Shown here: piece by piece, positions 1 to 11,375 of the stretch
Layout of the letters: every line of letters begins with the position of its first letter
Position numbering within the stretch: position 1 is the stretch's first letter
Source of the DNA: Pseudogymnoascus verrucosus
Lineage: Eukaryota
Length of the DNA stretch: 64,000 nucleotides
Direction: 5' to 3' (one strand)
Assembly (NCBI GenBank): GCA_001662655.1
Contig: KV460237.1
Notes under the pieces: model-generated
The model's input: the letters and a program-made list of their open reading frames with translations, nothing else
What the model was told of the DNA's origin: nothing
The model's database searches: none
Position numbers and translations under genes: made by a program

Positions 1-12
1 TCTAAAATATAA

Positions 13-1166
13 TTGACACCAAGCAGGTACGACAAGGCCGCCAATGTAGTGAGGGCGCCGTATCCAAACAATCATCCGGAGGACAGAGCTACTGCACGCC
101 CTGGGAAATGGAGCGTCGGCTCCATCGGCGTCACACTCAGCGAATGGGCCTACCTCGGCCTGCGCCTCGCAAGAGCGACCATGAAGATCTCAGCCCAAGT
201 CGAGATCGCACACGCGAATGAAAACTACATGAAACTAGTGGTGACTGAGTACACAAAGAACCTAGCAGAGCGGGTTCGCGCCTGGGAAAGAGAGGTTGAC
301 GGCACAAGAGGCAACTACAGCCTCATTGAAATCGCCACACCTCTAGTCAAGGACGCCGATAAGGATGAGCTCACTGAAGAACTCGCTCTCCAAATCCTGC
401 AGGAGAAAATCGTCGAAGAGAGCAATCGCAACTGGGAACCACGCGCTACCCCAACGACGATATGGGATTGGACCCGGAAGAGCGACCGCGTCCCTCTGAC
501 TGAAGAGTGCTTCTCTATCAACCGCTGGACCCCCTCGATCCAACACATGGGCGACATGGATAAGGAGAACAGGTACTTGGAATGGGCTAGGAACCAACAG
601 CCCGACGACTCTGGAGATGGACACTCCCACAAGCGGAGGAAGCTCATCCAAGGCGAGCCGGTCTTTCCGTTGGGCGAAACGTCGAAGCAGCAGGAGGCTA
701 TAAGTAACAGGATTGATGGGCAACTTCGCGGTCGTACGTATTACCCCTCCCCTTCTCTCCTATTTATGTGCTAGTTGGCTGACATTGGGTAGTTGGGAAT
801 AAGGAGTTTGACGGGATATATGGGCCTGAGGGGTCCTATACTCGGAAACAGAAGGCTGCTCGACAGCGAGAGGCTGAGGAGAAGGCTAAGGCGGCGGCGG
901 CTGCGGAGGCACTGGCTAAAGAACTGGCTGCGGGAGGGAAGGGTAAGGAACCAGAATCAAGGGCTCAGGCCAATGAACCGGCTGCGGGGGGAAAGGGTAA
1001 AGAACCAGAGTCAGGGGAACAGACCCAAGAACCGGCTACAGGGGGAAATGGTGAGGAACCGGAGCCAGTGGCACAGGATGCATTACCGGAGACAAACCCG
1101 GGCAGACGCGCCAGGGCCAGAGGCGCAGGTGGAGGTGGAGGTGCACAGGCGGGGACAGGGGCGTAG
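13..1166 (+). CDS. Hypothetical protein, probably 5'-partial; two exons (intron 734-792), acidic/Gly-rich C-terminus
   Basis: 253-aa ORF. A GTACGT donor at 734, GCTGAC branch site and TAG acceptor at 792 continue the frame (LGNKEFDG...AGTGA*). No family recognised. Confidence 0.45.
921..1070 (+). repeat. ~3 imperfect 54-bp coding tandem repeats (E[LP]AAGGKGKEPES...)
   Basis: GAAC[TC]GGCT...GGTAAGGAACCAGA unit recurs at ~54-nt spacing. Confidence 0.75.
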
Positions 1167-1756
1167 ATTGATATGGGGGCACGCAGACGGAGAGAGACGC
1201 ACAGACGGAGATTGAGGCACGGAAGGAGATAGGGGCACAGACAGACGCTGCAGAGCTACAGGTCGACAAATCTGAGACAGGGGCGCCGGTGGGCGAACCT
1301 GAGGCAGTGGCATTGATGAACGAAACCTGAGACATCGTATCGGACGGAGATGATAGGGAGGTGCATTCTTTTGTTGAGGTTTTTTTACTTTTGTAGGTAA
1401 CTGCGGATATGCAAACCTACTGTAATGTCCGGGATCGACTGTTCTATATTTTTTGGTTTTCCGAGTCGAGTCAGGAGTTTATGTAGTTTGCAGGAGTGCA
1501 ATATGCAATATCACAGACGATCATTTTGGGGTTTAATTTGCAAGGTGATCGATCATATGCCATGGCCTACGTCCACCCAACAATTCTAGAATAGAGCAGC
1601 TTCAAGAGAAACATTTCACAACCGGACGTAAATCCTCGCACGAAGTTTTTTGGCAGAATGTTCATTTTAGGCACAGCTATAGTATAAGCGCACCGAATGC
1701 AAGGTGCCCATCAAAGATGAAAACCGTTCAAAGCATCACCGCTCCAATGCAGACAT

Positions 1757-2432
1757 CTAGTATCTCTTTCCCTCGCGCAGAACATCTCCGAACTCATCAA
1801 GAGGAGAGCGGACAAGCGCAGTCTCCTTCCACAGATCCGGGGTCAGGTAACCGTAGGTGTTGCCAACAGCAACGAAGGTAGCCTTGAGGGTGTTCTCGAG
1901 GGTCTTGGTGGAGCCAGCGGACGAGGTGTAGATATCCTCAACACCAGCAAGTTGTAGGAGACGCTTGACGGCGGGGGAGGCGACGAGACCGGTACCGCGG
2001 GGCGCGGGGATGAGTCTGACGGAGACGGAACCGCACTTGCCGGACTCCTTGGTTGGGAGGGAGTGGGGAGCACCCAGGTTGGAGCCCCAGTATCCGCGGC
2101 GGACTGGGATAACGGACAGCTTGGCGATGATGATGGCGGCGCGGATGGCGGTTGCGACTTCCTTGGAGGTCTTGATGCCGAGTCCGACGTGACCCTCGGA
2201 GTCACCAATGATGACGATGGCCTTGAAGCGGGTACGCTGTCCGGCACGGGTCTGCTTCTGGACGGGCTTGATCTGTAGAGGGGGGGTTGCACGTTAGCTG
2301 TCTGTATCCCACGATAGTCTCTCCTCTGCAGTCTCTGCAGCATTCCAGAATATCCGTACCTTCATGACCTCATCCTTGAGCTTGGGGAGGAAGAAGTCCA
2401 CGATTTGGTACTCCTTGATGGGGAGGGAGTGC

Positions 2433-2465
<33 letters not shown>

Positions 2466-2720
2466 GCCTTGACGAGACGGCCCAGCTTGGTAACTGGCTG
2501 CCACTCCTTCTCCTCGTTCTTGTTGGCACCACGGCGGGCACCACGGCGTCCGCGTCCGCGGTCACCACCACGTCCACGGTCTCCTCCACGGTCTATCACG
2601 AAAAAAATATATGTTAGCCAAACTGTCCCCCCGCCCTTCTCATTGCGCATTGAACGTACCACCGCGGGATCCGAAACCACCGCCACGAGCTGCTGCTCCG
2701 CCTCTTGCTGCGTCGGCCAT
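1757..2720 (-). CDS. RPS2: 40S ribosomal protein S2 (uS5); exons 2660-2720, 2360-2592, 1757-2272
   Basis: RGG-rich N-terminus, [19 protein letters not shown] and [18 protein letters not shown] motifs; canonical splice sites keep the frame. Confidence 0.97.
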
Positions 2721-3263
2721 GTTGATTGATGTGTTGTGAGGGGGTTGTCGGCGTTGGGTGAGGTTGCGCGTGCGTCGTCGTCGTCGGGCGGGTTTTCGAT
2801 GTTCTTCTCGAAGTGTGGGAAATTTTAGCGAAACCCTAGTGTATCTAGGGGTGTTAGCGTCAAAATAAATTTCGGGATCTTATCTTGGGGTGGCTTATCG
2901 GCAAGGCTAGATTAGATCAATGGGCTCGCGGAGTACAAGATGCGCCTCGACCACAACAATCTCGAGATTCAATCAAATTCAATTATCAGCGTTCAATAAT
3001 TTCATCATACTACTCACTAATTGTTGCCATCATCCCGCTACACTTATGTGCATATTCAAAGCAATTATGGACACGAAACAGCCAAAGATAAACGAAGAAA
3101 GGAGTGAAGTAACATTTGTTGTCATATCAAGCTTGACCCCGCCGCCTCCAAGAAAACTCCATGCTTCAACGATCCTAGGTATCCACGCCAAACGATTGAG
3201 AGAAGAGAAGTGCGCATAAATACCGCTTTCAGAAACCGATTTCCCAATAGTATGTTCAAGTAA

Positions 3264-4338
3264 TCAATCGTGTTCAGTCTTGTTGATCAGGCCGTCCGAA
3301 GGTTTGACACGTTGAGCCCATTCACTATGTTCTCGATTAGCATTCCATAGTATATGGCATAGGAAATGATTGCACAGCAGAAACTCACGTCCAGCTTCCG
3401 TCATATATCATGCGCTTCTCCGCATCGCCATAGCCAGCTTCCTCGAGAGCAGTGTCGATGATGGCAGCAGTGACACCAGACCCACAGCTGCTGATCAACG
3501 GCTTCTCCGGGTCGACGCCCTTCGATTCAAACACCTTGCGAAGCTCGTCCTTTGGCAAAAAGGTCTTTGTCGTTGGGTCAAGAACGTCGCTCATAGGAAT
3601 GCTGATGGATCCAGGCATATGTCCAGAAGACAATCCAGCCCTCGGCTCTGCATCCTTTCCTGACCAGCGCCCAAACGGTCTTGCGTCCAGAATCTGGATG
3701 CCTTCGGCGCCTTCCTTGTTAAAATCTTGGACAACTTCCCTTACCCCCTCAAACTCAATGACCTTGGATGTGTCGAGCTTGGGGATGCGATAGGCGCAAC
3801 ATTCCACACTGTAGAACTCTCCGGACTCGGTCGGGTAGCCCTCCTCCACCCACAGCTTGAAGTTGTTTAACACATGGACTTGGTCATGCCCGAAAACCTT
3901 GAGAGTCCATGCGACCCGAGGCGCACTGAATATGCCTAGTTCCTTCGTATCGTAGACCACCACCGTATCATCCGGGTTAATACCAAGCGCGCTCATCGCG
4001 GCGGCGAAATCGGATGCAGACGGAAGCATATGTGGGTAAGTGCTGTGACGGTCTACGACTTTGTCGAGGTCAAAAAAGCGCGCATTAGGAATGCGCTGCT
4101 CTCTGAAGGTGTCGATACCCTTGCGGCCATCGTTCGGGAGGAACCATGCTGCGGAGAGGGGTATCGTTCGGGGTAAGGTGGATATTTTCGTGGGTGAATT
4201 CTTCTTCAGAGCTTCATTGAGCTCCTTGGGTGTGACGAGGTAAGAAGAAAATGATCTTGTGGCTGCCATCCTGAGCAACGGTGATGTCGAGTTCAACCTC
4301 GGAGCTCCGATCCGGGCGAGAATCTTAGTTCGGAACAT
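3264..4338 (-). CDS. TUM1: 3-mercaptopyruvate/thiosulfate sulfurtransferase (tandem rhodanese) with likely mitochondrial presequence; intron 3325-3388
   Basis: RIPNARFFDLD, HMLPS, GHMPGS, active-site CGSGVTA, and YDGSWT|EW completed across the intron. Confidence 0.93.
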
Positions 4339-4769
4339 TGCATACGGCGCCGTGATGAATATTTGTCGGTGATCAGAGATGCATGTGAGACAAGACGGGG
4401 TTATAAAAACACCCGGGAGCTCTTTGTACACGTTTGAACGATGGCCTGTCCTCAGTATCCAGAAAGCTTTATTGTATGTTTGTTTGTAGAGGTTCACGGG
4501 AGTTTAATGAGGAAGTGGGGTTTAAAGCAAATACGCATTGCGTCTCCCTGACGCAACCCTGCTATCCCTGTCGCGATAAGTGCTGGATCGCTACTTCTCC
4601 CGAATCCTTATCGGGGTTCCTGGCGACAAAATAAATAACAACATAAACGGCTTTGTCATTGACAAAGCTCCATGCATATATGGGATAGCAGGCCATCACA
4701 ACAAAGAGATCCTAAAACAGACCCTGAAGTGTTGAATCTATCCTGTGCCAACCCCCGACCAACTTGAAA

Positions 4770-5258
4770 ATGAAGGTCACGATCAGAAAATGGAATGCGG
4801 TCGCGACTTGGAGATGGGATATCCCAGAAGACGACGTCTGCGGTATTTGCCAAGTCCACTTCGACGGCACTTGTCCAACCTGCAAATATCCCGGAGATGA
4901 TTGTAGCTTATGTGAGTCCCTATTACATAGCTGGATTCCCCAAATGCCATGTCTGTTTGCTGATATTTAGTCTCCAGTGTCTGGGAAATGCGGCCACAAC
5001 TTCCACATGGTAAGAGACAAGCTACTAGTCTGTGACAAGCAGACAACAGTTGCTAATCCATTAATAGCACTGCATTGTCGAATGGATCAAGCAGGACTCC
5101 TCGAAGGGCCAGTGTCCAATGTGCAGACAAAGTAGGTGTCCATCCGTTTCAAGTACCTGCCAACACAGCCCTAACATCACTTCTCTACAGAATTCGAATG
5201 GACTGAAACCATCGCAACCGACGAGCAAGAGGAGGAAACAAACACTGCCACAGCATAA
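4770..5258 (+). CDS. APC11: Anaphase-promoting complex RING-H2 subunit 11, four exons
   Basis: MKVTIRKWNAVATWRWDIPEDDVCGICQVHFDGTCPTCKYPGDDC, then GKCGHNFHM, HCIVEWI and CPMCRQ across three introns. Confidence 0.96.
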
Positions 5259-5662
5259 CTACTCCTATCCGACTATACGAAGCATGAAACAAGACGTGTA
5301 ACGAAGGCAGGGTGCGGGTTCTGGGGAGAAACATTGTTTTCAAGGCGTTAAAGGAACATCCAGACAGGAACCAGCAAAGCGCTACTATCTTCTGTCCAAC
5401 CCCAAGGCGCATTATACCACGACATCTGATACTCAAAATCATTAATCCCCCCTCTCCCACAGTCTGATGCCCAGCCCATCACCGCGTCCAAAGAACGCGT
5501 GATCACGTGGAGATAAGAGGTATCCACGTATGGCGCCTCGCTCACCAGGGCCAGCCAGGCCAGAGCTCTTTGACATCAAACGTTCGTGCCTGGCCACCTC
5601 CTCCAGCCTCGCCATCCCATCAAACCTCCTAATAACTAATCACCCCCCCACACAAACACACA

Positions 5663-6550
5663 ATGTCCCCATCAACATCACAATCTCTGCCTACGGGAAA
5701 GGATCCCCCAGACAACGCCGCTCATCCCGCCAGCAGCCCCATCACCTCCCCTCGTCTCCCGTACGCAAGTCTGCAGCCGTCACAACAGGCTCCCGAGGAG
5801 CCGCAGCATCAGGAAAGCACAATGGCGCCACGGCCGGCATTCACACCCTTTTTTACCCTTGTTGATGACGCTACGAGCGGCAGCACGCACCATCCCGTAA
5901 ACGTGCGATACATCTTCTCAGACGACGACCAGGACCTCACAGACGAATATCTCGCTGCCATATCCTCCGCACCCTCTCCGAACTCAAGCTCGCACATCGC
6001 GCACTCCTCCGGATCATCGAGCCTCACTTCCTCCTCCCGCCACCAGCAACAGCAGCGGATGCCATCAGGCAGCGAGCCGCGAGAACCCGAACACCGCACC
6101 CTCCTCCTCGATCTCGACGAGAGCGGCACGGCCGTGACGGCATTCCACTCCCTCTCCCCCTCGTGGCAACTCCTCTCGGCGAGCATCACCAAAGCGCCGA
6201 CCTGGGAATCCGGCCCCGCCGCCGCGGACGACGGGGAGGACGAGGGCGCGGCAAGGTTCATGCTCAGGCTTGAGGGGACGAGGGGGAGGGATGAGGGGAT
6301 GAGGGAGAGGGTTGGGAGGGTGTGGAGGGAGCCGGGGGAGGGGGTGAGGGGGGAGGATTTTCAGGTTTTGGTGGAGGAGTTTGAGAGGAAGATGAGGGTG
6401 CTTAGGACGGTGGTTGATACGGGGAGGGATAGTCTTGGGTTGGAAGAGGAAGAGGGGGAGTATGGAGGGGATGGGGGTGAGGGTGAGGGTGAGCATGAGG
6501 AGGAGGAGGCGGAAGGCGAGAAGGAGGGCGAGGATAGGCCCAAGGAGTGA
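5663..6550 (+). CDS. Uncharacterised protein, candidate Atg31-like (start could be 5822)
   Basis: Intronless 295-aa ORF with blocks HPVNVRYIFSDDD, LLLDLDESG, SLSPSWQLLS and a C-terminal amphipathic helix; see findings. Confidence 0.7.
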   Translation: MSPSTSQSLPTGKDPPDNAAHPASSPITSPRLPYASLQPSQQAPEEPQHQESTMAPRPAFTPFFTLVDDATSGSTHHPVNVRYIFSDDDQDLTDEYLAAISSAPSPNSSSHIAHSSGSSSLTSSSRHQQQQRMPSGSEPREPEHRTLLLDLDESGTAVTAFHSLSPSWQLLSASITKAPTWESGPAAADDGEDEGAARFMLRLEGTRGRDEGMRERVGRVWREPGEGVRGEDFQVLVEEFERKMRVLRTVVDTGRDSLGLEEEEGEYGGDGGEGEGEHEEEEAEGEKEGEDRPKE

Positions 6551-7213
6551 GGGCGAGGAAAGGTTATATGTTTTGGAGTCAAGGAGCGGATCGTTAGCAT
6601 CGCGGGCGCATAATGGATGGGTTGGGGGGTGGGGGTATACCACGTCCTGCAGGACACAGACACAGAAGACAACTCTCCCATAGAAACTAGCCATGCAGAA
6701 TCAGGCACCCGCAATAAAGGAGTCATCATCACATTTATCACATCGCATCACATCATATCGCATCACATAAACCAGAACTCAGTGCCAAATTAATACCGTA
6801 ATAATTTTGAAGACCTATATATAATACCCCCCTCCCCCCGGGAACAACATTCCGCATCCATCCCTGTCCTCCCCCTCCCAATTACCCCACCACGGAGACA
6901 GGAAGACCCAGGATTTCCAATGCGAAATATTCCCATTTCATTCAGAAGAGGACAAAAGTAAAAAGGGGCCACGTGGAGTCTCGACAGGTGATTTTAAAGG
7001 AAAAGAGCTGGTTGGTATCCGTACACTACTACAACTAAGAGAGCAAAAAAACAAAAGGAATCCCCCACCCCCCACTCTTCTCAAGGGACAGAGAAAGGGA
7101 GGGAGCGTAGTTCCAACAAAAATGAACGCCGTGTATGCGAAAAATAAGTGCGAGGGGGCCGGGAATCAAACGCGCTGTACAGTATCGTCCGTCCACATCT
7201 GTGCTTAGGATAT

Positions 7214-8749
7214 TCAACCAATCCAAGGCAGACCCCTCTTCTCAGCAGCATTGGCGACTTTGTCGATCGTTTCTTTCGAGAGGGACGCGATGAGAGATTC
7301 GATGGATGCTCCTCCTGCGCCGGGAGAGACAAGGTGGCCGTGGATGTTGTACAGGACGTCGCGCTTGGCGGCGTTGTTCGATTTGGGGGGTGCGTTGACG
7401 ACCTTGACGATGACGACGGCGACGACGATGATGATGATGATGATGACTGGAGAAGATGTGTTAGTAAGCTGGTCTTTGCATCTACAGACGGATAACACGG
7501 GTAATACGTACGAACAATACCCAAGCAGTACCACTTCTTGCGGTTACGCGAGCGGGCACTCTTAATAGCCGTCCCGATATGCTCAGTCCCCTTATCGAGA
7601 TTCTCCTGCACCTCCTCGCCCTTCTGCTCAATCATCGTAACAGAATCCTCCTGCTGCACCACCAACGCCTCCATATCCTGGAACAGCTGCGCCAGCTCAA
7701 TCATCTGCGACTCGATCTTCTGGATCGCCGCGTGGCGATCCTGCACATTGCTCAGCGCCTGCTGCGACTGCCCACGACGACTGCTCTGCAGCAGCGCCTG
7801 GCTGAAGACTTGCTGGTTCGTATCCTCTACCGCCTCGCGCACCTCCGCCTCCGACGCATCAGGTCGGACAATCCTATACTGCCTCGCCATCTGCGCCTGC
7901 AGCTTCTTGCGGAAGTCGCTCTCGACGTTCTGGTACTGGTTGATGGCGGCCTTGAGCTTACGATCCACCTTCCCCAGCTGTGGCGCGTTCTTGGGACTGC
8001 CAGACTCTGGCTGCTGCTTGAGCGACTTGATGCGCGCCGCGAAGCTGCGGTACATGGTCATTGTCTCCGAGCTCATGGAGTCCAGCTGGCTGTTCGTCGC
8101 GCTCTGCTGGCTGGAATCGGGGTCGTCGAGCGCGCGCTGCTGGAGCATGCGGATGGTATCCAGGTTGCGCTCGATGGCGTCGATGCCTTTGTCGATCTCG
8201 CGGCACTCGTTGAGGATGGCGTTCGGGTCCTGCTGGTGGCCGAATTGCTGGCCGTTCTGGGCCAGGGGCTCCAGCTCGACGTTTTGGCCTGGAGAGGGGG
8301 GGTTAGGATGCGTTTTGAATATGGGTTCAATTGGGGGGGGGGGGGGGGGTTGGCTCACCTCCATAGCTGTCACGGCCTACATTTCCTCCGTAGCGGTTGT
8401 TTCCTCCGTATCCTCCACCGTTGTAACCGCCGCCCGAAGGTTGAGTGTCTCGCTGGTCATATGGGTTCGACCCGCCGTAGCTGTAGGGGAGAAGTCAGTA
8501 CGATGCGACAGTTTATTTGGGACCCAGGCTTCGGAGCGTTGCAGTTTGGGTTTGCGACCGGTGTCACAACGCCATGCTATACCATGCTTGTTGACGCCTG
8601 GATAGAATTGGGATGTACTGACTTGTTGTTGTACTGTTCCATTGATTCGTTAGCTGCAATTCTCGTGGCATCAAAAGTAATATCGCAACAAGTAAGGGAG
8701 TATACTTGATGGTCAAGAAGGAAGGGGGGGAGGGTGAACATACGCTCAT
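7214..8749 (-). CDS. SSO1: Plasma-membrane syntaxin (Sso1/2-like Qa-SNARE); exons 8744-8749, 8623-8633, 8359-8480, 7512-8288, 7214-7446
   Basis: Habc region, RQYRIVRPDASEAEV, SNARE motif (RHAAIQKIESQMIELAQLFQDM...QQED), RKKWYCLG followed by a poly-Ile/Val TM segment after splicing. Confidence 0.93.
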
Positions 8750-9536
8750 TTTCGAATCGAGGGACACCACAGCCCCTAAACTAGACGCTTTGTTGACTTT
8801 GGCTCGGGTAGAAGCTGGCGCCTGATGATGAAGCTTTTTCAATTCAACAGCAGAGCCAAGCAATAATTAATACTTGATGGCCTTGTGATTGTCGTGTATT
8901 CGCTATCGCGTGTATTTTGATGGAACAAATGTGTAGCAGGTGAGGCCAAGAAAGGTTCGAGGACAAAGGAAGGCTGGATGGGGCGTATGGGTATGGAGTA
9001 AATTGCGGCGGCTGTGCTTTCACGTCTGCCCACCAAATCAATCGCGGACAGGGGGGGTTGGGTGGTTGGGTGGTTGGGCCACAGAACGTTCCGCCACAGA
9101 AGAAACAGGAGACAAGTGAGACAAGGGGGGAGAGTGGGAACAGTGTCAGACTATGGGCTAAGCGAGTTGAGATACGGGGTCCAGGTACCCCCACTAGAAA
9201 TAGTACTTACTCTGCAGTGTATGGAGGCGTATAAGGAAAAGTAGAAGAGTAGAGAGAGTACAAGAGTTAGAGATGCTCGATGCTCCTGTATGTAAGATGT
9301 TACAGCACAGAGTTGAGTTTTAGTAGGGAGATATTTGTATGTACGTGAACTTGTCCACTAGAAGATTGCATACTATATGGTGCATACAGGCGTATAGGGA
9401 GGAGCGACAGACAATACCACATAAAATACCCTCATATGAGCTTCCAAGTCGACGTCCTCAAAAATATCATATCTTCTTTTTGCACTCTATAAACTATATA
9501 ATGACTCTCTACAACCTCGCTCTCCCCAATCCAACC

Positions 9537-9635
9537 ATCGTGGTGCCAGAGTGGTTAATGGGTATGACTCGAATGCTTTATTGCGATAGATATCATATGG
9601 CTTCGGCCGCGTAGGTTCAAATCCTGCCCACGATG
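9537..9635 (+). tRNA. tRNA-Ser(CGA) with short intron
   Basis: Acceptor stem ATCGTGG/CCACGAT, D loop AGTGGTTAA, anticodon stem TATGA/TCATA around CT-CGA-A plus intron, long variable arm, GGTTCAAATCC T loop, downstream T tract. Confidence 0.93.
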
Positions 9636-11279
9636 ATTTTTAGTATCATTTTTTTAATATATTTTTTGTTAGCGTTGAGGCCTGTGGTGGAGCACAAAGG
9701 CGATAGAAGCTGTACTAGGGTGCAAAGACGAAGAGAAGGTTTCCATCATATACAAGCGCACAGTAACTATCATACCTTCAATCCCTCTCAGCTTCACCAT
9801 TAATCAATTTTTGCAACAATAACTATCCCCCGAAACACCAACCGTAACCCCCCATACCCCCCAACATATCGAACCCCCCCTTCCCCCATCGTTTCAAACC
9901 CCGATCTGACCACCACCCATTCCCCAGCCGCTCTGCTACTTACATTAACGCTGACAACCTATACGTACTGTACGTACGTTGCATCCGCCCCTACATGCGC
10001 CCGCGCGTATATGATTCAGCTGACGGACGCCTAACACTGGTGCCTGAACCCTCCTTGACAGTGAGTGGTGGGATGATACGAGTAGCGCGCTAGGGGGGGG
10101 TGTTCTGGATGGAAGAGTGGAAGAGTGGTTGGCGCTATCGCGTGTGGCGTTAGCTTGGAGGGGGTGGGGATTTTTGGGGTGCAGTCAGGAAGGAAGTACT
10201 AAATATAGAAACCGGGTAATGGGCGGTTTTTATGAGACTGGAGACGGGATGGGTATTCTCATCGTTGATGGGATTTTATCTTATTTTTACGTGAGGAAGA
10301 TGGGAGGAGATGATAGGATGGAAAGTACGATTACTTAGATGAGATGCCCATACAATCCGATGCCATAATGTACGTGGGCGATGAACCGGGGGAAGCGTCG
10401 AGGAAAACGTCTATATAATCTGAGCCTCGATCTAAGATCCGGGCCAATTGTCATTCAACTAGAAACGTGGTGGAACCAATCCACAGAGTTCTGGGCGATC
10501 GTGCGTTGCCCCGATGGCTTCAAACGGAGTCGGTCATGTACGCGGCCAATACCATTGGACGAGTGTTTTGGCCGAGCTTCTGTCGTCGTCGGTATGCTGT
10601 CACCACCACTGTGCTGCTGTTGTCACCGCCCTTCTGTCACCATCACCATCGCTTCGCCGTTGTCACCGTGCCAAATCCGAATAGCCCCCTCTCTACTCGT
10701 CCAGTAAAAAAAATACATGCAAGTGTCCGTTCCTCTGGGCGTAATGATAGATCGCTGCTAACATATCCTCCGTCTGGAATCCTTGCCGATTGCGGGTCTC
10801 GATGGTGGTTATATGGGTCGGACCACTCCATAAAATGCCAGTTTGGCATGGTCTCACCTCTGTATAATTATTGTAATCTCTATCTAATTTTGATCTGGCT
10901 TCGTGGGTTCTTTGGGGTTTTTGGCGGTGTTGGCTATTTTCCTGCCATGATTTTAGAAGAGGAATTGTGATAAATTTTATGGACTTAGCAATATTTATTT
11001 CGGATTCTAGTAGTTAGAAATTACAAAGGGGACTATGAATAATAATCACTAGGGGATTAAAAGAACTCCTTAGACCCTATCATGGTTTAGAGTGTCAATT
11101 CGCGTGGGTTTCAGCTCTTGCAGTATGACCGTTCATTCTGTGTTGCACAGATGTTCTGGGTACATTGTAGAGTCTACACGCTTCTCGGACACTTATTTTA
11201 TCAGAGGACTGAATAGATTTAATAGCTAATACAATTCTTGCTTCACGGGATTGTAGTGGCATTTTTTGTTGTTAAAGAA

Positions 11280-11343
11280 TGTGATGTAGAATTATGAAGA
11301 CCGTATGACGGTGGAAAGTGGCCCGCTTGGTGATGAACCACGT
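11280..11343 (+). mobile_element. Possible isolated Fot1/pogo-type transposon terminus
   Basis: Ends ...GGCCCGCTTGGTGATGAACCACGT followed by TA; no partner end found. Confidence 0.35.
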
Positions 11344-11375
11344 TATATTTAATTGCTAAGTTAGCTGAGATAGAA

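Noticed and set aside
1484..1515. TAGTTTGCAGG...AGTGCAATA.GCAAT.TCACA similarity to 40291-40364
   Set aside because: Two short blocks with different spacing; could be chance, and no element boundaries were found.
7081..7511. Poly-Ser C-terminus of the 430-aa ORF as a TM-less syntaxin isoform
   Set aside because: Arises from reading through intron 7447-7511; no evidence that it is expressed.
7538..8709. 355-aa and 376-aa plus-strand ORFs
   Set aside because: Antisense to syntaxin in GC-rich coding DNA, with no recognisable motifs.
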